Assembly: GCA_036160735.1 (NCBI GenBank)
Contig: JAYYDR010000051.1
Coordinates: 10,830 to 74,829 of the forward strand
Length of the DNA: 64,000 nt
Source of the DNA: Thermoplasmatota archaeon
GTDB lineage: Archaea > Thermoplasmatota > Poseidoniia > Poseidoniales > Poseidoniaceae
Reading direction: 5' to 3'
Part shown: positions 1 to 10,014 of the stretch, one piece after another
Position numbering within the stretch: the first letter of the stretch is position 1
Layout: the number at the start of each line of letters is the position of its first letter
Translations under genes and position numbers: made by a program
Notes under the pieces: generated by a model
What the model was told of the DNA's origin: nothing
The model's input: only the letters and a program-made list of their open reading frames with translations
The model's database searches: none

Positions 1-212
1 CTGTCCAAATTGATTCCAGTGTCTTCAGCCTCTGCTTTTTCTTCCTCAGCCCAAACATCTACTTCCTCGCTGGAGCCCATAATCCCCAAGCCGTGCCAAT
101 TTAGGCGCGGCCTCATTGCGTTTGGTAAAACCACAGTTGGTAGTACGCCGTGCAGCACAATTGTGCCGCCATCGGGGTCCTTCCAGTGGATATCGTCCCA
201 GTCGAGATTCAT
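1..212 (-). CDS. Hypothetical protein, partial (runs off the window start)
   Basis: Not in the ORF track. ATG at 212 lies just after the stop of the giant gene, with a GTGAT RBS-like motif. The frame MNLDWDDIHWKDPDGGTIVLHGVLPTVVLPNAMRPRL... is open to position 1. Confidence 0.7.
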   Translation of the reverse strand, partial: MNLDWDDIHWKDPDGGTIVLHGVLPTVVLPNAMRPRLNWHGLGIMGSSEEVDVWAEEEKAEAEDTGINLD

Positions 213-218
213 AGTGAA

Positions 219-3200
219 TCACTGATTGTTGTTTACCCAATCTCTTAGGCTATCGATGTCCCAGCCTTGGTCGAAGTAACCTTGGATGGTTGCTTGGTCC
301 CACTGTGGGAATTCAGCCATCGCTGCAGCCATGGTTGGATCGACGCTTGCTGCAGGCGGTCCAGCGGATGGAGGTCCTGCTCTTGGCAGGTCAACTACCG
401 CTTTGTCGACCTCTTCCTCGTACTCGTATTCATACTCGTAAGTGCCGTCAGAGGAGCCTCTTCTAGCGAGTACAACAACTACCAAGAGAAGTATCAGAAT
501 TAGAGTACTTAATCCAATAACTATCAGCATACCCGAGCCGGACAAGAATCCGCCATCGTCAGATGCTTCAGCGACGTTGAATGATTTGGAGAATTCTGAG
601 CCGTTCCACAAAGGCATATTTGATTCTGCATCAACTATGATGAAGTACATACCACTGGTTGGATTTCCAAATACCTCAAGGTCTGTGACGAAGATATTCT
701 CAGTTGTACCCATTGCGATTTCATCGGTTGTGAAGGTTAACTCAGTTGTTGGGAATCCACCATCCTTAACCGACTGGATCTCAAGCGTGATGTTACCATC
801 CTTGGTTCCATCATTCTTCAGAGTGATTTCTAATTCTGGCGTATCTCCAACTTCTGGGCTCTTCGGTGTCATTCTAACGTCTATGACCTTGAATGATGCC
901 TCTTCGTAAACGAGTCTGTATTCAGAATTGTGAATTGGGTCGCTAGAATAAATTCCGCTGACTCCCTCAATACCATCTAATCCGACAGTAGGGCCACCTG
1001 CTTCAATTTCCCATCCAGCAGAGTCTCTGCCCTCAATCCACAACACGATGTCAATTCCAGTAAGTTGGGACTGGGTTGGGCTAACAGGGTCAGGCCACAG
1101 ATCTACACAGTTTGCGCTCACTAGGTAATCTCCACCCTGGATCTTCAAATCAAGTGGAGCTGATAGTGGGTTTATGCCGAACTTTTGACCATATACCGGC
1201 CAAGTCTGATTGGTGTCAGCATCGACGTAATATGACCACATTAGGTTGACTTCACCAGCAATTAGTGCGGCGTTCTCTTCGATAACTGCCTCTACGTTCA
1301 CACAGTTAAGGGCTGAAGATGGCATTGTGTTACCAAAGACTTCTCCGTTCAATCCAGAACTTGCTTCCCATGAATCATCATCGATTTCCGGTTGGCTTGC
1401 GTCGACCTTAATCTTGAACGAACCACAACCATTTGCACTGTTTCCATCACAGATTTGTGCGGTTGTGTCTGTTGCACCATCAGGTAGGTCCACCAACCTG
1501 AATGTGTAGGTGTACTCGTTATTTATTGGTGGAGCAGTGATGTTAATTGCAAACGCGCCTCCATCGATTGTATGTAGAGTTGGCCCATCTGTCTTTGAGC
1601 CATCTGCACCACCAGCTGGATATGCGAAGTATCCCTTACTACCATCCATCATTGCTTCTTGACGTGTAATTTCAACAGTAAATTCACCTTCAGGCAGAAC
1701 ATACACTCCGAAGTTAATTCCGTCAACATAGGCGTATTGTCCTTCCATCAGAATTGTATCACTTGGGAAGACGAAAGCAACCTCAACATCTTGCGAATAT
1801 GGATAATCCATGTCTGTGAATGAAGGGGTTATTCCGTTTCTGAAGTCGAGTTGGATTCCATCGCTGTATACCCAGCGCTGCTTGTGTCTGCCACCGCTTT
1901 CACTCATCAAAGACGGGTCTCTGTCCATATCCTTGATTCTGAGTTGTGGAATCATGGTACCTCCACCGATTCCAATAATGTCCCAGTTCATTCTGATTGG
2001 CAAGTCTAGATAGAACTCATCTTCGAATGGATCAATCAAACGACCGCCATCCATTCTTAGGACCTGTGGGCCTTCGCTGTCATCGCCTGCCTCGATGATT
2101 TCAATGTCATCAGATTCAGTCCATGCTGTTTCGTTTCTTGGCGAGTAGTAGACAACCATGTCATCTGGACCTAGGTCGATTTGGAAGTAGTTGATATCTC
2201 TCCATCCGTTTTCATCGGTAGCTTCCACGATTAGATGGTACTGGTTACCAGCATACATTGTCATGTTCCAAGGTCCTTGGTAGAAAGGAGCACCTTCGCT
2301 TGGATTGTGAAGGCGGTTCCTATCTGAATCTTCAATGAAGAAATTTCTGATGTTTGGAGTCTTTGCATCCATTGAAACATATGTAACCAAATCATTGTCG
2401 AAGCCTGCCATTCCACCGTCGATTGGGTTTCCACCAATGTCGGTTCCCTCGACGTAGATGCTTACCTTACCTGGTGGGTCCTGTCCCTTGTTTGCATCAT
2501 CGCTGAAGGTTCCAGTGTAGTTTGCAGTAGGTAGGTTGCCGTCGCTGTATAGTGTCAAAATTGCATACTCATCTGGGTCTGCGATTCCGTCCATGTCTGC
2601 ATCATGGTCATACTCGACCCAGTAGTACATGTCTAGAGTTGTTGGAGGCTCAGGTATGTCCTGAGCAAGAACTCTAACCTTCTGCTGAGCGTTTGGAAGA
2701 ACCCATGTGTCATCGACTAGGTTTCTCCAATTAGACCAAATCGACTGGTCGAAATTCGATGCTTTCAGAACAGAGATATTGATTAGCGTAGGAGAATAAG
2801 TATCGATTGATAGATTGAAAGGAATCGCACAGTCAGAATCTGCAACTATTGGTGCAGGAGGGCACAGAGTATCTCCGCCTTCATATCCGTCAATCATGAA
2901 GCGGTATGTTGCTTGACCTGCTGCTGTTGAACCTAGGTCAACATCCCAGTCAAAGTCGCCCCCGATTACGCCAGATTTGTTTGAAATTTCAATCCACTCT
3001 GATACAACTGTACCGTTTACAGTTTGCACGTCCCAGCGCTGTAGAGACAAATTGTAGGCTGTTGGATCTGGAGCAACATCCAGGCCTTCGAGTCTAATAC
3101 TTCCCATCAAGTTGATGTTTTGGTTTGATGTTGCTGCAGTCAAATCCTGTAAGTCACCTGCATCATTTCTCAACTCAAATGCGGAAATCAAAGCATCGTT

Positions 3201-6047
3201 TTCAATAGCATTTCCATTCGCTGGAGCGAGAACAACTGCGCCCGGTAAACCGTTGACTCCATTGTCTGCAATCAAATTTGCATAAATTCTCAGTTCAGGG
3301 GTATCTTCCCATGCAGTGTTCACTCTGAATCTCCAGGTAACATGCATTTCGTCTCCAACCTCGGTGTAAGAAGAAGATTCCATTGTAACTAAGTTGTCTG
3401 GATCATACGCTTCATTGAATAGTGAGAGTTCTGAGAAAGACAACTCTACTAGACCACTGGAGGATTCCATCCTCAGCCTTGCCTCTGCAAATGCCGCATT
3501 TGTAGAGGAGTCAATGCTGTGAATTGACTTAACTTCGATAATGTCACCGTTAGGGTACAGACCGGTTGGGTTACCGGTAATGGAAATAGAGGAGTCATAT
3601 CCGGATGCAGTGTTAATTGCGAGGTCAGAGAGCATAACTGCTCCTCCCGAGCCACCACTAAATGCAATCGGTACAGCAACTTGTGCACCACTACCTAATG
3701 CAATACCCTGATTCAACTCTCGGTCGAAGTTCGCTGCAGCTCCGAGTGTTGTTTCCCATTCGTACACAATGTCGAGGTTTCCGACACTTACCTGTGTACC
3801 ACTAGATGCATTTTGGTTTGAAACCTTGAACTGGAAAGTTGCCCATTCGTTACCGTAAGCATCAATGTGTGATGCTTGTAGTAACGGGTTGTCCATCAGA
3901 GAGTTAATGGCGTCCTTGAAAGCGATTCTTGGATACATTGTCTCGTGTGCTAGTATGGACTGATTTGGCATAGTACCTAGCGCGGCAACTTGACCGCTTG
4001 CCACAAGTGAGAGGTCGAATGCACCCGCTGTATTGTCATAGAGAATTACGTCTGCCAAATTGATTTCTGAACCAATTGGTAACATGAACCCAGCGCCTGT
4101 CGCTTCACCATTAATATTCAGAGTAAGCGTTGAATTATCCATGCCATAGTTGACACCATCTACTGCGCCTGCCCAAAAGGTTGTTTGGCGCCCGAATGCA
4201 CCAAATGCTGGTTCATTCATTCCCCACTCTACATCGCCATCGTTAGCAATATCGATTTCTACTCCTGTCGAACTGTGACCGAATTCTAGGTCAAACCACA
4301 ACTCTGACATATCACATGGATTCTCGTAAAATAAAATTGACGAGAAACCAAATATTGGGCTATCAGGCACCCACTTTTGTCCGACGGTTACGTTTTGTAT
4401 CGTCTCGTCTCTAAGAGTCAACTCGATGGTTGCGGCCTCTGCACAGTTGTCTACTACCACCGGTGTAACTCCAACGATTGGCTGAGAGAACTTAGTTCTT
4501 GGAATAGGCGGGCTGAAAGAGTAATCCAAAATTGATGGCTCGTAAATTATTGGTTCAGCACCTCCTTGAGAGTACCAAACGCCATCAATTATGGATGGAC
4601 TGCTGATAATGTTAGTATCATTGAGACCTGTTCCGATTCTGGTTCCGATTGTGATTCCATGTAGAACTGCTGTGGACAGTTTGTATTGCCCAGTATCGAA
4701 ATCAAATCGCAAGTCGATTACAGGATATTCAGAGGCATCGATGCCCCACAGTTCGATAATTGGCCCTTCAAGATTGGTTACTTGATTTCCGTCTCTGTCC
4801 ATAACAACTTCAGTTGTTCCGCCTCTTAGAGCAGTAACCGTTAGAGAGTTGGTTGGAGTAGTTTCTTGCTCTAATGTCAAGATACCATATCCATCAGGGA
4901 AACCGGGATTTGGATTCTGCTTTGGAGTGAATCCCTTCACTGTCATCCATCCGGACTGGGGAAGTGGGTTACCCATTCGGAAATCATCAATAAACCAACC
5001 AGGCATTGTTGTATTTTCAGGGGCACCTGCACCAGAATTGTGCTTCATTACGAACTTCATTTGGACATATTTTCCTGCATGAGCTTGCAGGTTTACTGCC
5101 ATGTCTGCCCAACCGTCAGGGTTGAGGGTCGGGTGGGTTGATTCTCCACCTAGTGCATAATCTGTACCTGATAGTGCATCGCATGATTGAATCTTACCAT
5201 TTCCAAACCCGATTGGATACAAACCATTCACATAACCTACTCCAGAAGAATTAGCAACGTCGAAAGGAATGTAACTCCATGAAGACAACTGGTCTACAGG
5301 TGGGAAGCTATTAGGTGATGATGAGTTTCTGACCATAACATAACCACAGTCGTGGTAGGTGTTTGTTGGGTTGGTACCAGGGTTGGTTTGTGTCCAATGC
5401 AGGCCGTGCCAACTAGAGAAGCGAGCAATGAAAGCACCCGGGTCGACTTCCATCGAAGGGGTTACCAAACTTGTTGAATACGCCCCATTGTCATCGGTTG
5501 TGTAATCATTATCGAAATCGTACATGTTTGTACCCCAACACTCGTTACCTGTGTTACAATTGTCATTGAGAACAGATCCGTCTCCTAGAGTTCCATGTTC
5601 CCAACCAGGAGATGTCATCAATGGAGGAGAGGTTGCATCTCTGAATCCACCGTTTGTTCTTTCAAAATCTGTAGAGTAGCCACCGCTAACTAGACTCACG
5701 GTGTCTTCTGTGTAAGTAAAATCGCTTTGTGTGGAGAATTCAGTTTGTTGGTTATTGTAAAATGGATCCCAAACATATTGTGCGCTATCAGAGTTGATTG
5801 TTGTGTAGGTTTCATGGGTAGCCATGTCGGTTGAAATCTTCACACTAGCACTAGTCACAGTGTCGCCTGATGGAAGATTTACTGTTCCGTCTACTATGTT
5901 TGTATAATCTGGACCGTCTCTGACTTCGACAGTTACCTCACTTTCTCCGCCACTGAATGTGCTAACATTTGCTGCTCCAGCCATAGGTGAGATAATCATC
6001 AAAACTGAGAATACTAAAGCGGTAATTGCGCTCTTATTGTCTTTCAT
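219..6047 (-). CDS. Giant secreted, C-terminally membrane-anchored cell-surface protein (~1942 aa)
   Basis: Start reassigned to MKDNKSAITALVFSVLMII (signal peptide, GAGGG RBS). Acidic beta-rich body with a GWFIDDF jelly-roll-type motif and a CARDB/Ig-like segment. TM helix MLIVIGLSTLILILLLVVVVLA-RR is followed by a short tail. Confidence 0.85.
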   Translation of the reverse strand: MKDNKSAITALVFSVLMIISPMAGAANVSTFSGGESEVTVEVRDGPDYTNIVDGTVNLPSGDTVTSASVKISTDMATHETYTTINSDSAQYVWDPFYNNQQTEFSTQSDFTYTEDTVSLVSGGYSTDFERTNGGFRDATSPPLMTSPGWEHGTLGDGSVLNDNCNTGNECWGTNMYDFDNDYTTDDNGAYSTSLVTPSMEVDPGAFIARFSSWHGLHWTQTNPGTNPTNTYHDCGYVMVRNSSSPNSFPPVDQLSSWSYIPFDVANSSGVGYVNGLYPIGFGNGKIQSCDALSGTDYALGGESTHPTLNPDGWADMAVNLQAHAGKYVQMKFVMKHNSGAGAPENTTMPGWFIDDFRMGNPLPQSGWMTVKGFTPKQNPNPGFPDGYGILTLEQETTPTNSLTVTALRGGTTEVVMDRDGNQVTNLEGPIIELWGIDASEYPVIDLRFDFDTGQYKLSTAVLHGITIGTRIGTGLNDTNIISSPSIIDGVWYSQGGAEPIIYEPSILDYSFSPPIPRTKFSQPIVGVTPVVVDNCAEAATIELTLRDETIQNVTVGQKWVPDSPIFGFSSILFYENPCDMSELWFDLEFGHSSTGVEIDIANDGDVEWGMNEPAFGAFGRQTTFWAGAVDGVNYGMDNSTLTLNINGEATGAGFMLPIGSEINLADVILYDNTAGAFDLSLVASGQVAALGTMPNQSILAHETMYPRIAFKDAINSLMDNPLLQASHIDAYGNEWATFQFKVSNQNASSGTQVSVGNLDIVYEWETTLGAAANFDRELNQGIALGSGAQVAVPIAFSGGSGGAVMLSDLAINTASGYDSSISITGNPTGLYPNGDIIEVKSIHSIDSSTNAAFAEARLRMESSSGLVELSFSELSLFNEAYDPDNLVTMESSSYTEVGDEMHVTWRFRVNTAWEDTPELRIYANLIADNGVNGLPGAVVLAPANGNAIENDALISAFELRNDAGDLQDLTAATSNQNINLMGSIRLEGLDVAPDPTAYNLSLQRWDVQTVNGTVVSEWIEISNKSGVIGGDFDWDVDLGSTAAGQATYRFMIDGYEGGDTLCPPAPIVADSDCAIPFNLSIDTYSPTLINISVLKASNFDQSIWSNWRNLVDDTWVLPNAQQKVRVLAQDIPEPPTTLDMYYWVEYDHDADMDGIADPDEYAILTLYSDGNLPTANYTGTFSDDANKGQDPPGKVSIYVEGTDIGGNPIDGGMAGFDNDLVTYVSMDAKTPNIRNFFIEDSDRNRLHNPSEGAPFYQGPWNMTMYAGNQYHLIVEATDENGWRDINYFQIDLGPDDMVVYYSPRNETAWTESDDIEIIEAGDDSEGPQVLRMDGGRLIDPFEDEFYLDLPIRMNWDIIGIGGGTMIPQLRIKDMDRDPSLMSESGGRHKQRWVYSDGIQLDFRNGITPSFTDMDYPYSQDVEVAFVFPSDTILMEGQYAYVDGINFGVYVLPEGEFTVEITRQEAMMDGSKGYFAYPAGGADGSKTDGPTLHTIDGGAFAINITAPPINNEYTYTFRLVDLPDGATDTTAQICDGNSANGCGSFKIKVDASQPEIDDDSWEASSGLNGEVFGNTMPSSALNCVNVEAVIEENAALIAGEVNLMWSYYVDADTNQTWPVYGQKFGINPLSAPLDLKIQGGDYLVSANCVDLWPDPVSPTQSQLTGIDIVLWIEGRDSAGWEIEAGGPTVGLDGIEGVSGIYSSDPIHNSEYRLVYEEASFKVIDVRMTPKSPEVGDTPELEITLKNDGTKDGNITLEIQSVKDGGFPTTELTFTTDEIAMGTTENIFVTDLEVFGNPTSGMYFIIVDAESNMPLWNGSEFSKSFNVAEASDDGGFLSGSGMLIVIGLSTLILILLLVVVVLARRGSSDGTYEYEYEYEEEVDKAVVDLPRAGPPSAGPPAASVDPTMAAAMAEFPQWDQATIQGYFDQGWDIDSLRDWVNNNQ

Positions 6048-6111
6048 TGGGCTACCCTCTTTGCCTACGGAGGCAAGTTCGGCATAAAAGACCGACGGGA
6101 GTGTGAGCAAA

Positions 6112-6139
6112 CGGGTTCCCCCCTTTAGGGGGGGACCCG
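6112..6139 (-). terminator. GC-rich hairpin just downstream of the thiI-like stop
   Basis: CGGGTTCCCCCCT-TT-AGGGGGGGACCCG inverted repeat, 6 nt after the stop at 6146. Confidence 0.55.
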
Positions 6140-6145
6140 AATGGT

Positions 6146-6811
6146 TCACAAATTTACGACTCTTAATTTTGAATAACAATCCTTAGCAAGGTGCTGCAAG
6201 CCACCTACCCTCTCTTCAGACCTCTCGAGCCACTCTTTGTTTGCTACAGTCGTTGGCTTACTAGGACCAAGGGCGTCGCAAATCTCTGGACCTTCACTGA
6301 TCTCCAAGGTCCCAATATTCCTTGCCATCGTCATTATATCCACTTTATCGAATGCTAATAATGGTCGAAGAGTTATGAGGTCTGATGCTATCTCAATACC
6401 ACCAAGGTTACCCAAAGTTTGGCTGGAAACTTGCCCTAGATTCTCACCCGTGAGCAAATGTGTTGCTTCTATTTCGTGACCCCTGATTGTTGCTATGGAA
6501 CTGAACAGTCTCTTCATGTGTATGAAATATTCAGTGTGATTCCACTTTTCAGTGAACAATGCTAACTTTTCAGCAACAGGTACAACCACTAACTCTCTTG
6601 ACAAATTTTCACGGGCTGCATCTCCAAGCGGCCCCTCAAAATCTAGCAAATATCGAAGCAGGGCAACCGTTTTCTGTTCAGGACCTGGACCAGTGATGGG
6701 TTCTTGTGATGCATGAACTGGGTATATTTTCCAGCCTTTCATCAACATTCGAGCAACCGCAACAGGAGAATCGATTCCGCCACTAACAAGTGCGACACAG
6801 ACTCCCGACAT
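6146..6811 (-). CDS. thiI: ThiI-like PP-loop sulfurtransferase, catalytic domain only
   Basis: SGGIDS PP-loop, TGENLGQVSSQT and RPL...DK motifs. ATG at 6811 follows a GAGGTGA RBS. No THUMP domain. Confidence 0.75.
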   Translation of the reverse strand: MSGVCVALVSGGIDSPVAVARMLMKGWKIYPVHASQEPITGPGPEQKTVALLRYLLDFEGPLGDAARENLSRELVVVPVAEKLALFTEKWNHTEYFIHMKRLFSSIATIRGHEIEATHLLTGENLGQVSSQTLGNLGGIEIASDLITLRPLLAFDKVDIMTMARNIGTLEISEGPEICDALGPSKPTTVANKEWLERSEERVGGLQHLAKDCYSKLRVVNL

Positions 6812-6904
6812 AATCACCTCGTGAAATCGACAACACATCAATTCATAGGATAGTATGGGTATATTGCACATGGGTTGAAGATGGGTAGGTGTGTAGGAGT
6901 AGAC

Positions 6905-7366
6905 ATGGAACCCTTCAGTACTGAACCTGTGACCCTTATCGAAGAGGTATTTCCTCAAGACACTAATGCCTACAACACATTGTTTGGAGGTAGATTGCTC
7001 TCCCTTATGGACAAGGCTGCAGGTATTGTATGCGCTAAATTCGCACACAGAGAATTCGTAACAATATCAATCGATACACTGGAATTCAAGGCGCCAGCAA
7101 GACAGGGAGACTTGATTGAAGTAACAGCAAAGATCGTTTTCACGTCAAATAGGACTGCGTGTGCAAGAGTCACAGCATGGGCAATGAACAAATCAGATTG
7201 GTCCAAGACTGAAATTTGTGATGGCTACTTTTTCATGGTTGCAATAGATTCGATGATGCGCCCAATTCCTATACCACAGTTCACTCCAGTTTCTGATGAA
7301 GAGAGGGAAGATTGGATTGCAGCTAAGGCAATTAGAGATCACATGATTGCTCATAAAAAGAAGTAA
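6905..7366 (+). CDS. Acyl-CoA thioesterase (hotdog fold, YciA family)
   Basis: VFPQDTNAYNTLFGGRLLSLMD motif. ATG at 6905 follows GGAG. Confidence 0.85.
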   Translation: MEPFSTEPVTLIEEVFPQDTNAYNTLFGGRLLSLMDKAAGIVCAKFAHREFVTISIDTLEFKAPARQGDLIEVTAKIVFTSNRTACARVTAWAMNKSDWSKTEICDGYFFMVAIDSMMRPIPIPQFTPVSDEEREDWIAAKAIRDHMIAHKKK

Positions 7367-7367
7367 T

Positions 7368-8876
7368 CTAATCGTCAATTCTTGGGATTGATTCGACGTT
7401 TTCAGACCTCTTCTTTTCTGTGCTTACACAATCTGAGAAACTTGTTGGTATATCTGGCTTTGGAGCAATATGTGATAGCATATGGTCTAGTTCTTCATCG
7501 CTGACACTGCCACCATTGCTTTTTGCAAGATTTTGAATCGATTCTGCTACCTGAGACTGACGACTGTTCTCAGACTGTAACCTAAGTGAATCTGTAGTTC
7601 TGGAGCGACCACGGAAAATTCGCTTGGAAATTCTACTCGCTCTACCTAAAGTGGGACTAACCAACTCAGCGATTACAGAACGGCCGCGTAATGATGCAGT
7701 GGTGGACTTTCTTACCCGCAACCGGTTGGTTTTGGGTTTAGCCACCAACTTACTCATCTTTGGATAGCGCTCCCTCGGACTTTCAATCCCTTCAGGGATA
7801 ATCTCTGCCTCAAGGGGGACATCTCTCCTTGCGGATGCGACAAGAGATGGGACTTCATCTACCTCTTCAGCAGGTTGGAGCGGGGTGTCCGGAGATGAGA
7901 ACATATCCGGAGTTGAATGAGGTACGTGCGCACCATTAGCTCCAACGAAGGAGGGAAGGAATTCGTTTGGAGGAGGAGTTGGTTGTGGTTGGGTTTGCTG
8001 GTTGAAAGAGTGCGTTTGCCCATGTTGATTCAACATTCCATATGATGGCATTCCGGTAGGTGTTGCTCTATGGACTTGGTTGTATACCGGTTGTTGTGGT
8101 GGCTCTTGCCACCCATTTTGCATCACTTGGTTTCTCTGAGTGAACAAGTTGGCTTTCGAGCGGGCAAGCAGACCCTCTGAAATCTGCGGATCTTCGATTA
8201 CTTCTTCTTCCCACCCAGGTATATCCAAATCGTTGATTACAGTGGCCGGACTTTCAAGTTCAGCATCAAGAATTTCTTCATCCATCTCCATCGTGTCGAT
8301 GAAGTGATTTATGACTGCAGAAGGGAATAATTCAACCGGTTCAGGAATCGCTTCAAGTTCTTCGCTATTGACCGAGCGAGGATAGTCAGAATCACTAACC
8401 ATGCTGTCCACACTCGCTTTTGCGGCTTCAAGTGACATTCCGTTCTGTAGTCTTTCGATTAATGCACAAAGCCTCATTATCGACAAATCCGGACCAAACA
8501 CAACGTGGCAATCATCCGCATTTGTATCTATAATCAAAGTAGGCTGCTTGGTAAAATAATGCGCTGCGGATAGTACAATTCCAGCAGCACCTAATAGTGC
8601 CTGAATCTTTCCAGTTACTCCTCTCCAAGCGACCCAAACAAGGATTAAGCCAACAACTGCAAGCCATCCGGGCACAAGATTTGTGTCGTGATGGTGAACT
8701 CTCCTAATCGCATTCAAACGTATGTCGAGAGCGTGTCCATTTCGAGATTCAAACGAGACGCGGTTTTCATTCAAGGTCGCCCTAACCTTACCACGAACTC
8801 CTCCCAGCGACAACGAGCGGAATTTTATCCCCGCTCCATTGACACCGAGCCCCTCTGGCCTCGTGTCCATACGCAT
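7368..8876 (-). CDS. Hypothetical membrane protein (two TM helices, long Pro/Gln/Glu-rich disordered region)
   Basis: 502-aa ORF with a hydrophobic pair at about aa 68-107 and a low-complexity C-terminal half. Confidence 0.7.
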   Translation of the reverse strand: MRMDTRPEGLGVNGAGIKFRSLSLGGVRGKVRATLNENRVSFESRNGHALDIRLNAIRRVHHHDTNLVPGWLAVVGLILVWVAWRGVTGKIQALLGAAGIVLSAAHYFTKQPTLIIDTNADDCHVVFGPDLSIMRLCALIERLQNGMSLEAAKASVDSMVSDSDYPRSVNSEELEAIPEPVELFPSAVINHFIDTMEMDEEILDAELESPATVINDLDIPGWEEEVIEDPQISEGLLARSKANLFTQRNQVMQNGWQEPPQQPVYNQVHRATPTGMPSYGMLNQHGQTHSFNQQTQPQPTPPPNEFLPSFVGANGAHVPHSTPDMFSSPDTPLQPAEEVDEVPSLVASARRDVPLEAEIIPEGIESPRERYPKMSKLVAKPKTNRLRVRKSTTASLRGRSVIAELVSPTLGRASRISKRIFRGRSRTTDSLRLQSENSRQSQVAESIQNLAKSNGGSVSDEELDHMLSHIAPKPDIPTSFSDCVSTEKKRSENVESIPRIDD

Positions 8877-8955
8877 CCCGAACCAGCGAAGTGGAACCCG
8901 AGGTTATGAACCCACCGTTTTCCCCTCCTATGGAGGGGCCAATATTCGAGGTGTC

Positions 8956-9975
8956 TCAAGATAGCCGAGTCAACTTTGCACTTCCCAAAATTCTAGGCTT
9001 AGAATCAAGTTGTGCTAACAGAACAACTGGAGGGTTTTCCGTCCTAATGAATAGTGGCGAATCCCAAGCAACTTCAAGACCCGAACCAATCGATTCCACC
9101 CTTCCAACAACAAATTGTAGGTCCACGCTGGCGTGTACGACATCACCAACAGCCAAGACTCTCTTTTGGAAAGGAGAAACACTCAGTTCAATTGAACTCT
9201 TTTCGTGCTTTTCAAGACATAGTGGAATTGAGATCCCCTTGTTCTTATCTTCGACTGCAGGATGAGTTACTAGTGAGCCGCCTGTTAGGTGTTCTTCCTT
9301 TGTGTTCCTCAATGCGATTCCAACGCGGTCCCCGGCGACTGCTTGCTCGACGTCATCGTCCATGACCTGAAGACTTTTGACAGTACCAGGTCCTTCTGCC
9401 GGCAAAAGATGTAACTCATCGTGGACAGATACCGAACCGGATTGGACATATCCAATCGCTACTAAACCGATACCTTTCACATTGAAGTGTTGGTCGATTG
9501 GAACAACTAATGGCTCTTGCTTTGCGGACTCTAAGTCCCCAGATATTTCATCCATCAAACCGTACAGTGCATCTCTAAGTTCGATACCGTCAGTGCTGCC
9601 TTGTTTCCAAGATGAAAGTCCTGCTTGAGCGATGAATGCTTTGACTTGGTCTTCATCTATCCATTCTCCTTGAGGTGGATTGATCACAAATATTCCTTTG
9701 CTGATACCTGCTGATGCAAATCCAACCAAGACCTCACCAAATGTGGCATCAATCGCACTAACTTCGATTAGTCCGACCCTTGCAGCGCAAAGGGAATTGA
9801 AGAAGGGACGAATTCTTTCGGGCATTTTTGCCGGTCTAATTATGGATAGAATCCTAGGTCCGTCTGTGCTTGATTCCTTGTGCACGTATGTGTGGACATC
9901 CCTCTGGTCGGTCGCTTTAGCTATCGCTTTAGCCAAATCGTCGCTCCCAATCATAGCGATGTTCAGTACTGTCAT
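8956..9975 (-). CDS. SelB-like / EF-Tu domain II-containing protein (archaeal SelB-like family)
   Basis: IDQHFNVKGIGLVAIG and VKSLQ...AGDRVGIAL are EF-Tu/SelB domain II motifs. The G-domain is degenerate. Start set at MTVLNIAM. Confidence 0.75.
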   Translation of the reverse strand: MTVLNIAMIGSDDLAKAIAKATDQRDVHTYVHKESSTDGPRILSIIRPAKMPERIRPFFNSLCAARVGLIEVSAIDATFGEVLVGFASAGISKGIFVINPPQGEWIDEDQVKAFIAQAGLSSWKQGSTDGIELRDALYGLMDEISGDLESAKQEPLVVPIDQHFNVKGIGLVAIGYVQSGSVSVHDELHLLPAEGPGTVKSLQVMDDDVEQAVAGDRVGIALRNTKEEHLTGGSLVTHPAVEDKNKGISIPLCLEKHEKSSIELSVSPFQKRVLAVGDVVHASVDLQFVVGRVESIGSGLEVAWDSPLFIRTENPPVVLLAQLDSKPRILGSAKLTRLS

Positions 9976-10014
9976 GGTCGGGCCAGAAAGGGCACGTTCT
10001 TGAGCATAGTGCAA

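Noticed and set aside
6048..7048. N-terminal extensions given by the ORF track (6179, 7048; similarly 25273, 35809, 47518, 62811)
   Set aside because: They overlap neighbouring genes or hairpins. Downstream starts match domain boundaries and RBS positions.
8956..9975. Selenocysteine machinery
   Set aside because: No GTPase motifs, no other sel genes and no evident in-frame UGA readthrough case in the window.
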